From contig RHPI01002503.1 of assembly GCA_009103225.1 (NCBI GenBank), positions 625,585-689,584 on the forward strand: a stretch of DNA of 64,000 nucleotides, written 5' to 3'. The DNA is from Chlorokybus atmophyticus. Its lineage: Eukaryota > Plantae > Mesostigma and Chlorokybus algae. Shown piece after piece: positions 27,340 to 37,592 of the stretch; the first letter of the stretch is position 1; every line of letters begins with the position of its first letter. Below the pieces are notes generated by a model. It made no database searches, was not told the DNA's origin, and was given only the letters and a program-made list of their open reading frames with translations. The translations under genes and the position numbers were made by a program.

Positions 27340-27654
27340 TGTCGGGTCGAGGGGAGTCGAGGGTCACGCTGTCTCGGACAGCTGCATCGACAGCCATGCT
27401 TGCTGGACATGCTGCTGCGCCACCTGTGTAACGCGCAGCAAAAACAAAAGATGACCCCAACCCTTATGGTGACAAGTGCTTTGTGCAGCTAGTCTGCTGC
27501 TGCTGGGTAGTACGGGCAGGTGGAGTCGGTGTTCGCCCTAGTGTACATGCTGTGCTGTAGCACACAAAGCCAAAAAGCCACCCCCCCGGGCTCTGGGGGA
27601 GGTTCTAGCTCCAAAGCTCAGCTGCTAGCGCAAGTGAGGAGGGCCGTTGGTACG

Positions 27655-27789
27655 GCAATCGTCGCACCAATACTCCTCCATAGGTATCGCGTCTAAAGGT
27701 GGCTCCAGGCAGTAGCAATGCAGGCCCTTGTTGCAGCCATCGCAGAGCATCATGAGTGCGTCGTTGGCGGCGCTGCCACAGCGTTCACA
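27655..27789 (-). CDS. PHD finger (C4HC3) at the integrase C-terminus
   Basis: CERCGSAANDALMMLCDGCNKGLHCYCLEPPLDAIPMEEYWCDDC; nearly identical in copy I. Confidence 0.92.
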
Positions 27790-28900
27790 GCGTGTGCTGC
27801 GCGCGGGACGAGGGTGCTGCATACGCCCGAAGCCGGCTACGCAAGGAAGGTGACATGGCGCACGATTCACCATGTTGTCCTTCAACCTCTCTCCGTTTTG
27901 ACCAAGGAGGTCCAGCACCCCTGTGGGGTACACTTTGAGTACCTTGTAGACGGTGCGACCTACGGAGGTGTCAAGTGTGTCTTTGGTGGCTGCCATGCGA
28001 TAGGCAAAGTCCCCCGCTTGGAACCGCCGTTGGCGCTCCTTGTAGAAGCCGCTGCGTACGCGCTCGTAGCGCAGCGTGTCGCGATGCTGCGCAATGCGCA
28101 GGTTGTTGAAGGCCATGGGGACGGTGCGCTCGAAAAACGCGGCGCGCGTGGTGATGTCGTGGTGCATCTAGTCAGGGTCGTCGAGGTTGTTCACAACGCG
28201 ATCCACCTCCTGCTGCGCACGGAAGGGGAGCAATGGTGGTCGCCCGAACAGCAGGTAGTACGGGCTGTACTCCCGCAGAGCCGCCTGCTTTGACAATCGA
28301 TATCCGAGGGCCACCCACGGGAGGTGGTCATCCCAAGTGTTCTTCTCGTACTCCAGCACGTACTTGCGGAGTGCCTTTTTGATGGTCTGCACTGTACGCT
28401 CGGCGAGACCGTCGGCTGGAGGGTGATCACGCGAGGTACGGCGGTGGTCGATGTAACATCTGTCCAAGAGGGTGTCAAATTCCCCTCTGAACTCAGTACC
28501 TTGGTCAGTGATGACCTCGGCACAGCTGCCAAATCGGCTGAGAACGTGAGAGAGGAAGGCTTGAGACACCCCCCTGCTGCTCTTGTCGGGTATCGGTACC
28601 AGCTCCACCCATTTGGAGAAGTGCTCGATCATGCCCAGGATGTAACGGTTGCCACTCGCTGAGGGTGCCAAGTCCCCCAAGATGTCGAGCCCGCATTGGT
28701 AAAAGAGACCGGAGATGGGGAGTGGGTGTAAGGTGGCGCTACGCGTGTTGAGGCTGGCGCGCACCATGTCACACTGCTGGCAGTGGCTGACGAACCCTTG
28801 CACCTGTTTTGTTAAACCATACCACCAATATTGTGCCCTCACTAGGCTGATTGTACGCTTGACACCGAAGTGTTCAAGCTCAGTGTGGAGGGAAGTGATG
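27790..28900 (-). CDS. Retroviral-type DDE integrase with N-terminal HHCC zinc finger
   Basis: HTELEHFG...CQQC; GLDILGD, ITDQGTEF, GLAERTVQTIKKAL; YSPYYLLFGRPP; a frameshift separates the core from the C-terminal/PHD part. Confidence 0.92.
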
Positions 28901-29346
28901 ATGCCCTCGCGCGTGACCGGTGTCGGCACTTCCTTGTCTTCGTCGTGGAAGCGGCGATACAGCTTGTCACCTGCCCATCGATAGTGACGGGTGCGTTGGT
29001 TGACTCGGTCCTTCTCTTGGGCGCTCATGCCGGAGGGAAGCTGGCCACTGAAGAAAGGAGAGTGATGGCTTGTCCTGCCATATGTCCTGCCTGGTGTCAG
29101 TGGGCGCCAGCTCTGTGTTATCGATGTCAATGTCGGCTACGTGGGCGTCTCCCAAGGGTGTGGTTGCCGCAGGGCCGGTAGGCTCAAGGGCAGGAATTTC
29201 CTCTGCCACTGCTGAGGCTGTGGTGTTGGTCTTGCGCCCTGAGCGCAACGCGACAGCAGCAAACATGGCTGCCATGGTGGGGGCTGTTGCTGCAGGGACG
29301 AGCTCATGCCGAGCTCCAGTTGCATCGTTGGTGCTGAGGTGAGGGT

Positions 29347-30610
29347 GCGACTGAGGCCATCGGCGTCTTGGTTGGTGTTGCCAGCGCGGTGGTCGATCTC
29401 GAAGTCGTACTCCTGCAACAGCACGGCCCATCGAGCAAGTTTCCCTGTCAGATGTTGGTTGGTCATCAGCCACTTGAGGGGCTGATGGTCGGTGATTAGT
29501 TGGAACTGTCGATCAAAGAGGAAAGGTCGGAAGAAGAAGATGGCCCACACTGCAGCGAGGCACTCCCCTTCGTAGCTGCTGTAGTTGGCCTCGGCGCTGT
29601 TGTTGCTTCGGCTGGCGTATGACACCACCCGCTCCTTTTTGTTCTCATCGTGCGGAACCAGCACCGCTCCCCTCCCCAGCTTGCTCCAGTCGGTGTGAAG
29701 GATGAAAGGCTTGGCGTAGTCCGGACGTTGAAGGATGGGAGCGGTGGTGAGCCTACTCTTCAGCTCCTCGAAGGCCTGCTTTTGCGGCTCCTTCCATGCG
29801 AACTCCACCTCCTTCTTCAGTAGCTCGTTGAGGGGCCTTGCGATCTTCGCGAAGTCCTTCACGAACCGGCGATAGTAGTTGGCAAATCCCAAGAAAGCGC
29901 GCAGCCGTGTGAGGTCTGTCGGGGCGGGGATAGCTGCCAGAGCCTCTACTTTTGCCTGCTGCACATACACACCGTGGGGCACAATCATGTGCCCTACGTA
30001 CGGCACCTTGTGGGTGAAGAAGGTACACTTGTCGAGGTGTACAATCATCCCCACTCCCTTGAGTCGTTCCAGCACCGCTTCGATATGCTAAAGATGCTCC
30101 TCGTTGCTGCGGCTGAAGATGAGGATGTCATCAATGTAGCACCGCGCGTAGTCCAGCCCCTTCAAGGCCTTGTCCATGACGCGTTGAAACCTGGCGGGGG
30201 CATTCTTCAGCCCGAACGGCATTACCTTCCATTAGTACAACTGTCGGTTGCCCCAGAAGGAGGTCTTGTGCTTGTCCTCGTCCTTGATGGCGATTTGGTT
30301 GTACCTTTGACGCATGTCCAGGATGCTGAAGACTGTGCAGTTTCCCACATCATTAAAGATACCCTCTGCTGTGGGCATGAGGTACCGGTCTTGCTTAGTC
30401 TTGTTGTTGAGGGGGCGGATAGTCGCCACACATGCGTCGCTCTGTCCAGTTGCCTGCTGAATCCTTCTTCAGTGGCATGACGGTTGCTGCTGCGAAGTCC
30501 GATGTGGACTCTTCAATAAGGTCTGCATCAAGCAGCGCCTTACATCTCTGTTCCACCAGGTCCTCTTCCACCTTGGAGAGCCTGTATTGCCGCCGGAACA
30601 CCGGCTCAGT
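29347..30610 (-). pseudogene. Ty3/gypsy reverse transcriptase plus RNase H (with frameshift and stops)
   Basis: [56 protein letters not shown]; RNase H FILHTDWS, EGECLAAVWA, TDHQPL, DADGLSR. Confidence 0.93.
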
Positions 30611-30939
30611 GTCCACCAGCTCGATGTCCATCTGGTACACTGAGCATGTACCCAATTCCTTCACATTGCAGCTGAATTGGCTCCATTTGAGGAGAGCCTC
30701 CAGCTTCTCTCGAGTGTCTTCTGTGGCCAACGGACCAATGGCATGGTCCCAGGAGGTTGCATTGGCAACCACGGGAATGTCCTCCACTGTCGCTGCTGCT
30801 TGCTCCTCCATGTGGACCACCTCAAGGGCTGTGTGAGCTGCCTTGGTGTCGGCTACGCGATCAGCCCACCCCCTAGCCAAGTGTTCGAGATCCTCGAAGG
30901 ACACGTGGCGGTCCTGTAATGCGAAGCTCAGCTCCAGCA

Positions 30940-31883
30940 GCCATACCATGCTGGTCTGGTCCATGGCGCGGCCAAGCAGCTGGCATTGCTGACTATCTGT
31001 CAGCGATGAACCCGTGATGCTGTTGGAAGAATCCCACGGCGCGTTCACGTTCGCGTGCGTTGGGTTCCTCCAGCTTGTTGGTGGTCGCATCAAACACCAT
31101 CCCTTGTCCACCGTTCCGGAATGCGTAGGAGCCCGGGTAGGACACCAATGTGGGGAGTGCGCGACGGGGCTGACCGGGCTGATTGCACGGGTAGAAGTGG
31201 TTGTGGTTATGACGGAGGACACGTTGTGCTTTGCGGCCGGGGTCAAGGATGTCATCGACCAGCAGGTTGCGCGGCCGAGCGCTGCGCGTGTATTCTGCGG
31301 TCATGAGTTCCTCCACGGCGGCTAGGTTTGTCCATTTGGCACGTATACGATGTGCGCGCAAGCCATGTCGTGCAGCGTTCACCTTGAGCGGGTGCCCCAG
31401 AATGGAGCAAACTTGTCGGTAGCTGGAGGCCACGTGCGGACGCTTGTCGTCCTAAAAATGCACATTTTCGATGACGTACCCCAGAGGTCTGGAGATCTGG
31501 TGGTGTAGAAGGAGGTGGATGATTCTCATTAGCTCCCAAAACAGCCCTGAGCGAGGGTGTTCGAGGCCTTGCCCCTTGCCTGCCCTGGTGTGCCCTTGGC
31601 ATTCCCACCCAGCTATTAATAGGTCGACGTTGTCGAGGGACAGTAGGTGATCTTCGGTGATCAGCCGGATGTCTTGTGGCAATGCTTTGAGGCTGCCTTG
31701 CAACGCCGTGAGGGGTAGTTGATGTGAATACCTTTCGTGCAGTTGGCGCAAGTGGTGCTTGAGGACCGTTTGCGCGTGTGGGTCTGGGTCGCAGTAATAG
31801 TATTTAACAATCTACACACCCGTGTTGAGGACCGCGGCAAGACCGCTGTCAATGCCTCCAAACAGCTCCAACACTGTGATGCC
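30940..31883 (-). pseudogene. C5 cytosine DNA methyltransferase domain (DNMT3-like) inside pol of copy II
   Basis: Motif I VLELFGGIDSG; II YYYCD; III QDIRLI; IV DLLIAGWECQGHTRAG; V PRSGLFWE; VI YVIENV; VIII AHRIRAKWTNL; IX EPNARERERAVGF; X QLLGRAMD. Three in-frame TAGs (two upstream, at least one a Gln codon in copies I/III) and one frameshift. Confidence 0.88.
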
Positions 31884-32289
31884 CTATTGCCTGCGAAAGG
31901 TGTGGAACTTCATCACTCCGGTGGCCACCATATGGTGGTCCTGCACATTGTTGTGGCTTCGGTAGTTGGGGAAGCGCATGGTGATCAGTGGATGGCTGAG
32001 CAAGACATGTGCGTCCACCTGTGCGCGCCAGCGCCGTTCAGCTGGGTCTTGCAATGCTACTTCCACGGTGGCATCCTCCTGCTCCTCGTTGTACGGGGTT
32101 GGAGAGGAGTTAACGGTTCGACACGGGGCAGTGGCATTAGCAGCGACTTGCGTCCGAGCGCCGTCGTATGTGGCCGTTGCAGCCTCCCGTGTGCGGGCGT
32201 GGCTGCGTGTGGCCACGGCAGCCACTTTGCGTTGGTCGCGCGTGCGCGAGACCAACTCGAGAGGCAGGAAACCCTGCACCTCTCCGTCA

Positions 32290-32660
32290 TCCTTATCCAA
32301 ATGTGGCCGAAACCACGCCTGCTCTGTCCAGCAGTCGAGGCCCACAGGGAAGTTGAAGTCCTGCCCAAGCAGAAAGTCGAAGGAGCTGGCAATGGTGATT
32401 ATACATTGCTGGACGATCTCGGTTGTGTGGGTGGGGTCCAGCCCTGTCAACCGAATGCAAAAGGTCTCCCTGGTGACTCCCATCACCTTATCTCGGCTAC
32501 CTGTGGCAGTGTCCAACACGTATGGGCAAGGCACCAAGTCAGAGCTGATTATGCCTAGGGACCGCGCGAGGAAGCGCCCGATGATGACAGGCTGTGCTCC
32601 GGTGTTCAACATCACTCGCTTGGGTGCCAGGCCGTTAATGGTAACGTGCTTGCCTTGATT
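32290..32660 (-). CDS. Retropepsin-type aspartic protease
   Basis: VTINGLAPKRVMLNTGAQPVII (copy I has VMLDNGA) ... FDFLLGQDF, matching the D[ST]GA and ILG.D motifs. Confidence 0.8.
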
Positions 32661-33117
32661 GGCCACCATGGCAGCATTTGCGTTGATGCGCAGCCTCTTC
32701 ATACGAGCTATCTGCACCTCTGTCTCAGTTCGCTCAGCTGGGGGTGCTGAGCGCATGGCAGCCAGAGCTCCTCTGCCTGCTTGGTCTGGAGAACCCCCTC
32801 TTTGCCCTCTCCCTCTGCCGAACCGACCTTGTCGTGGTGGTTGGTAGACACGGGGGGGGCTCGGTGCTGGAGGTTCCGGCGCTGGTTGTGGTGGCGGCGC
32901 AGGTGGATGCCGCCTCTGCGAAGATGGAATCATGCCCGCAGGTGTACCCAATGGCTGTGGAGGAAAAAAACCCCGGCGGACCCGGTGTTTGCGGGCCTGC
33001 CTCGCGTTCAGCTTGCTCTGCGGCGTACGTCCATCGGACCGCATGAGCCGCTTCTCTGACCAACGTCCCTTCCCATGTGGCCGTGGGCTCGGTGTCCATG
33101 TCGGTCCAGTGATGATA

Positions 33118-36100
33118 TTAAGGCATGGGCTGCAGATATACGGCGTAGTAGCTGTCGCCGCATGTCGTGGGTGATGGTGGGGACGCGCAAGATCCCTGTC
33201 ATGTAGGCATCCCACCTTCCTTGTACCACTCCCACATCGAGCACGGTCATGGCGCGCGCGCGTAGGGTGCGCTGGAGGTCAGTCTGCTGTGCGTGTAGCT
33301 CATGAGCAATGGCGATGCGCCGCCGTTGTCGTGCGGCTTCCACCCCTGGCAGTCGCAGCATTGCCTCTTGCACTCCCTCCAGCGTGTCCGGGGCTGTGGT
33401 GGCAGCCTCGTCGTATGCTTGTCGCAGCGAACGGACGAATGCCCCCAACCATGATGCTCGGTTGCCAAAGGCAAACAGGGGGACAGCAGGGTGATTGGCA
33501 ACGAGCCATGTCACGAGACGGGCTCGAGCGGCGTTGCCCTCTCGCATCCCCATCATCTGTCTTAATGTGTTGCCCTCAGGCCTGTGCAACATGACTGCTT
33601 GACGAATGATTGCGGTACGGAGTTGTTGCTCCCCCACCATACCAGCTCCTCCTCGTTGTGTGGTGTCCCCTTGCGGGGTGAGGTACCCTCGCCCTGCATC
33701 GCGTTGATCCTCAGGCATGTCTTCAACCAAAGGAGGCAGCAGCGGGGCGATTACCCCCCTCAATTGTTGCGCCAACGCCCTCGCTTGGTCTGCAACAGTT
33801 GCTTGTCGTGGCTGTTCGATGGCGACTGTCGTGGAGTACCCTGTGGTCAGCGCCGTGGAGGCGCTGGCAACATTTGCCGGAGCTACGGTTGGTACGATAA
33901 CGGCGTGTGCTGCTGCGTACGCATGTGGGCGCGCGTCCACTTGGGCAGCTTGGTCCACCTGATAACGATGTGCCTGTTCGAGGGCAGAGAAACACTCTTG
34001 ACGACTGCCTGGAGTGAGCCCCCGGAGAGCGGGATCAGCGCCCAGCGCGATGTCTGACATGGTGACCACGAGGTCTTGTATTTTGTGGCGCTTCAGTCCG
34101 AGTGGGTCCAGTGGCGAGGGCTCGAAGTCGATCTGTTGAGCCGGCATGGGTTGCCGCGTTTGACTGGGTGCGCCGTGCAATCGTGCGTGTAATGCCAAGA
34201 ACAATTGAATGGTCAGCTCTAATACTGCAGGTCGCCGGTAGGTGACCCCGAAGAGACGATCCCTCATCTCTGGTGCAGTGCCGGCGAGGATTTCATCCTC
34301 CAGCTGCTGTTGTGTGAGTTCCGGCAGCGTGTGGTACTCTGGAGGTGGTAGGGGCAAGATGCGATCATCGCGTGCCACGCGCGTGGTGCGTTGCCCCCCT
34401 GGTCCGTACGCAATGGTGGTGGGCTCCACGTTGCGTACAATCGACGCCCAGGCGTGTTCAGCTTGTGGTCCGCGTGGCACTTGCTGTGTGACGTTAAGCG
34501 CTGGTGGCGGTGCCGTTCGAATCTCTGGAAGTGGTGCAGTGGGTGCGGCAGCGCTACTGGAGGCGATGATGGTGGCACCTGCAGCAGTCGTCGTTACTGA
34601 GGTGGCGGCTGTGAGGGTGGCAGCAGTTGCGGCTGATGTGGTCGCTTCAATGGAGGCAGGAGTGGTGGATTCACCACCCACGAACCCAACGACCATGGTT
34701 GATGCGGCGTGGGTGCTTTCCATCACCGGGGACAGTGTGGTGTCAAGAGTGCTGACACCTGCTGTCGTGGTCGGTGTGGACGCCGACGGTGTCGTCGATG
34801 GCGTCGTTCCAGCTGTGGTTGTGGCTGCCGAGGCAGCACCACTTGTGGCGTCCGACGATGCCGCTGTTGACGACGCGCTAGCTTCCCTGCGCGCACGTCT
34901 TGATGGTTGTACGCGTGACGGCGTGGGAATGTCCCTATCCCGTTTTGGTGCCATCAGCGCCCACCTAGCAGCATAGCAGGCTTGATAGTCCTGCTCCTTG
35001 TTCTCCTCCAGCTGTGCCACGCGCGCCATCAGGGCTGTCACTTGGTCAATAGCTGGTGAATTGGCTGGTGCCTTTACAGCAGCAGCTCCAGCGCGAGAAC
35101 GTCCCTCCGATCCTTTGTGTGTTGTGGAGGGCGGTTTTTCCCTCTGTAGCCAGCTTCTTCCTTGCGGGCCCCAGCGTTGTTGTTGTTGTTGGGGTTGTGA
35201 CCACCAGCGTTGTTGCCATTGTTGCGACCACCAGCGTTGTTGCTGTTGTTGTAGCCGCCAACGTGGTTGCTGTTGTTGTAACCCCCGTTGTTGTTGTTGT
35301 TGTTGTTGTTGCCGCGGTAGCCAACAGCATTGTTGCCGTTGTTGTAGCCAATAGAGGGCCGCAGCTCAGGAAACTTAAGCCAGCATACTGTCTCCAAGTG
35401 TCCCGTCTTGTGGCAGTAGTCGCACACAAGGTTGCCGTAATCTTCGGTGCACTCCTTTTGGCAGTGGCCATGTCGACCACACCGGTGGCACAGCACTGGA
35501 GCTTCAAGGGCAGCATGAGCTGACCGTTTATCCTTGTTGTGGATGCCTTGCGGCTCTCGGCTGCGGTCTCGCCAAAGAGGCTCTGCACTTGTGCCTGCCA
35601 TAGGCCGTGAGGCACTGCGGTTGGTGTCCAGCATCGCTTTCTCATACACTGCGCGCTTATGGATGGCTTGTGCAGTCTCGAAAGCTTGAGGGTGTAGCCG
35701 AGGGGCCTGCTGTAGTTCAGCGTCAGGCGCGTTGACTCACTCAGGGTGGGATCCAACTCGGCCACATACACCACTGCTGCCGCCTCCTCGCTGACGATCT
35801 TGTAATCAGTGTCTTTAAGCAACCCTTCTAACCGTGAATACAGTCGGAGAGGGTCCTCGTTGGGCTTCCGTCGAAAACGCCTCAACTCCTCCACCTTGCT
35901 GTTGATTTGAGGTGGGAAGGTGCGCCGCAGTGCGGCGTAGAGGTCCTTCAACGGGGAGTCCGACATGGCCGCGCCCACCGTAAGCGCGGGTGCACGCAAT
36001 GCCACTGAGCCGAGGGTGAAAACACTGCCTCCCGCTGGAGCACGCGAGTTCGGTGTTGGTAGCAGGGGCGTACCCATCTCCAACGCTGCAGCTTGCTGCT

Positions 36101-36776
36101 CCTCTTGTTGCTCCCTGATGATGGCAGCGGTGCGGTTGAGTATCCTGATCCGGCGCGCGGCCTTCTTGCTTTCGATCTCTGCAGGAGTCAATGAGGCCAC
36201 TACCACCTCAACTTCTTCATTCTTTGCCTTCTCCATGGCTGCAGCGGAAGTGAGACCCGTGACTGAGGCTGGCGGGGCCGCTGCTACAGGGACAGTAACC
36301 GATGGGCTATGCAGTGACGTGGAGGATATTGTGCTAGCCAATTCGCCATAGCCATCAATCTTGTGCAACTCAGCAACGGACCACACATCATGTGCTTCGT
36401 AATCAAGGCATTGAGCGGACACATGAGACGATACCTCATCTGTCCAGTCCTTGCTTTTGAGGGCTTGCTGTCGCATCTTGGAGTAGAACTTGATGATGAA
36501 CTCGTCAAGTGAGGTGGTGCCAGGGCGTCCGGAGAAGCGTAGGGAGTTGGTTGAGCTGGAAGGCTTCATCTCCTCGTCGTCACTGTCCGACGATGGTGGA
36601 GATGCTCGTTGTCGAGGAGTGGAGTGAGAGGAGGTGAAGCCGGAGACGGTGCTTGAGCCTCTGCTGCTACGGTAATCGCTCCCCTCACTTGCGCGCTCGT
36701 AGGTAAGGTTGGAGGTCGGGCTCCAGCTGTTGAGGTTCCCTTCTTCTATTGGCGAGAAAGGGGTGGGCCTGCTCAT
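33118..36776 (-). pseudogene. ORF1: Gag (capsid-like region, two CCHC knuckles, Asn-rich tract) plus ~650-aa unknown extension
   Basis: RFSGRPGTTSLDEFIIKF; FRRKPNEDPLRLYSRL; CHRCGRHGHCQKEC and CDYCHKTGHLETVC. Comparison with copies I and III shows the frameshifts are copy-specific, implying one original ORF ending YLQ.MP*. Confidence 0.8.
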
Positions 36777-36975
36777 ACAGCTGATGCGATGGTGAAAGTG
36801 GATGAAGGGTAGAGTGTTTGTGCTCTACAATGGGATCTCCAATGCTGCTATCACCCAACACACTAGCGCTTGTGCGCGCTATGCGATGACGGTGACAACG
36901 ATGCACTGCGATGTGTACAACTATAGATTGCGATGCTGATGTGCAGCCTGCAACTACACTCACTTGAGCAAAGAG

Positions 36976-37282
36976 GGTGACACTGTAAGTCAACAAGCCA
37001 CTACTATAGGTAGCGCTGTTTACACAGTTCTTTGCATGAGTGGAAGAGAAATTACACTGTTAAGTAAGGTGAATGAGCAAGCAACACGTGGATGCTATGC
37101 CCTGACTGATGCCAACAAGCACCCCGCGACCAAGTACACCAAGCTCACAACAAGGACAAGCACAGTGCACAAGAACATGCACAGGCTGTTACACGGTGAG
37201 GGGATTCTGGGGAACCGGGACGCCGTGTTTTGTAGTTCAAGTCGCTTCACAAGCTATTAGCTTTCTCACTTACAGTGTCACC
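36976..37282. repeat. Perfect 15-bp inverted repeat in the element leader (candidate self-priming PBS)
   Basis: GGTGACACTGTAAGT at 36976-36990 and ACTTACAGTGTCACC at 37268-37282. Confidence 0.8.
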
Positions 37283-37592
37283 AGCTGATCCGGTGAACAC
37301 TGTGCCTACTTATACAAGTCAACTCATGACTGTCCAGAACATAAGCTAACGGTCATATCGAGGCTATTTCCACAGGAAATCCCCACTCGATATAGAACCC
37401 AACTTATAACTGAACTCACAACTGAACAGCTACGCGCGGTGCCTATGTAGGCTATGGTCATGAGCTACTCTAGAGACATGACCTAGCTACTGGTCAGTGA
37501 CGCGCGCGGGTCGCCATGCTGGTAAGCCGGGCGAGGGTCTCGCTGTAGGCATGCCCGATGACGACTGGCTTGCCCGGGCGATAGGCATGACA

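Larger units (their letters stand above)
27340..37592 (-). mobile_element. DNMT/PHD-carrying Ty3/gypsy-type retroelement, copy II (10,253 bp, full-length, inactivated)
   Basis: AAGG TSD at 27336-27339 and 37593-37596; TGTC...GACA ends; Gag-unknown-PR-MTase-RT-RH-IN-PHD; left end is repeat B and right end is repeat A, with no paired LTR. Confidence 0.92.

Noticed and set aside
27340-37592. Tyrosine-recombinase (DIRS/Ngaro/PAT) identity suggested by the split repeats
   Set aside because: No R-H-R-Y recombinase motifs were seen; the element has an HHCC-DDE integrase, protease, gypsy-type RT and a TSD.
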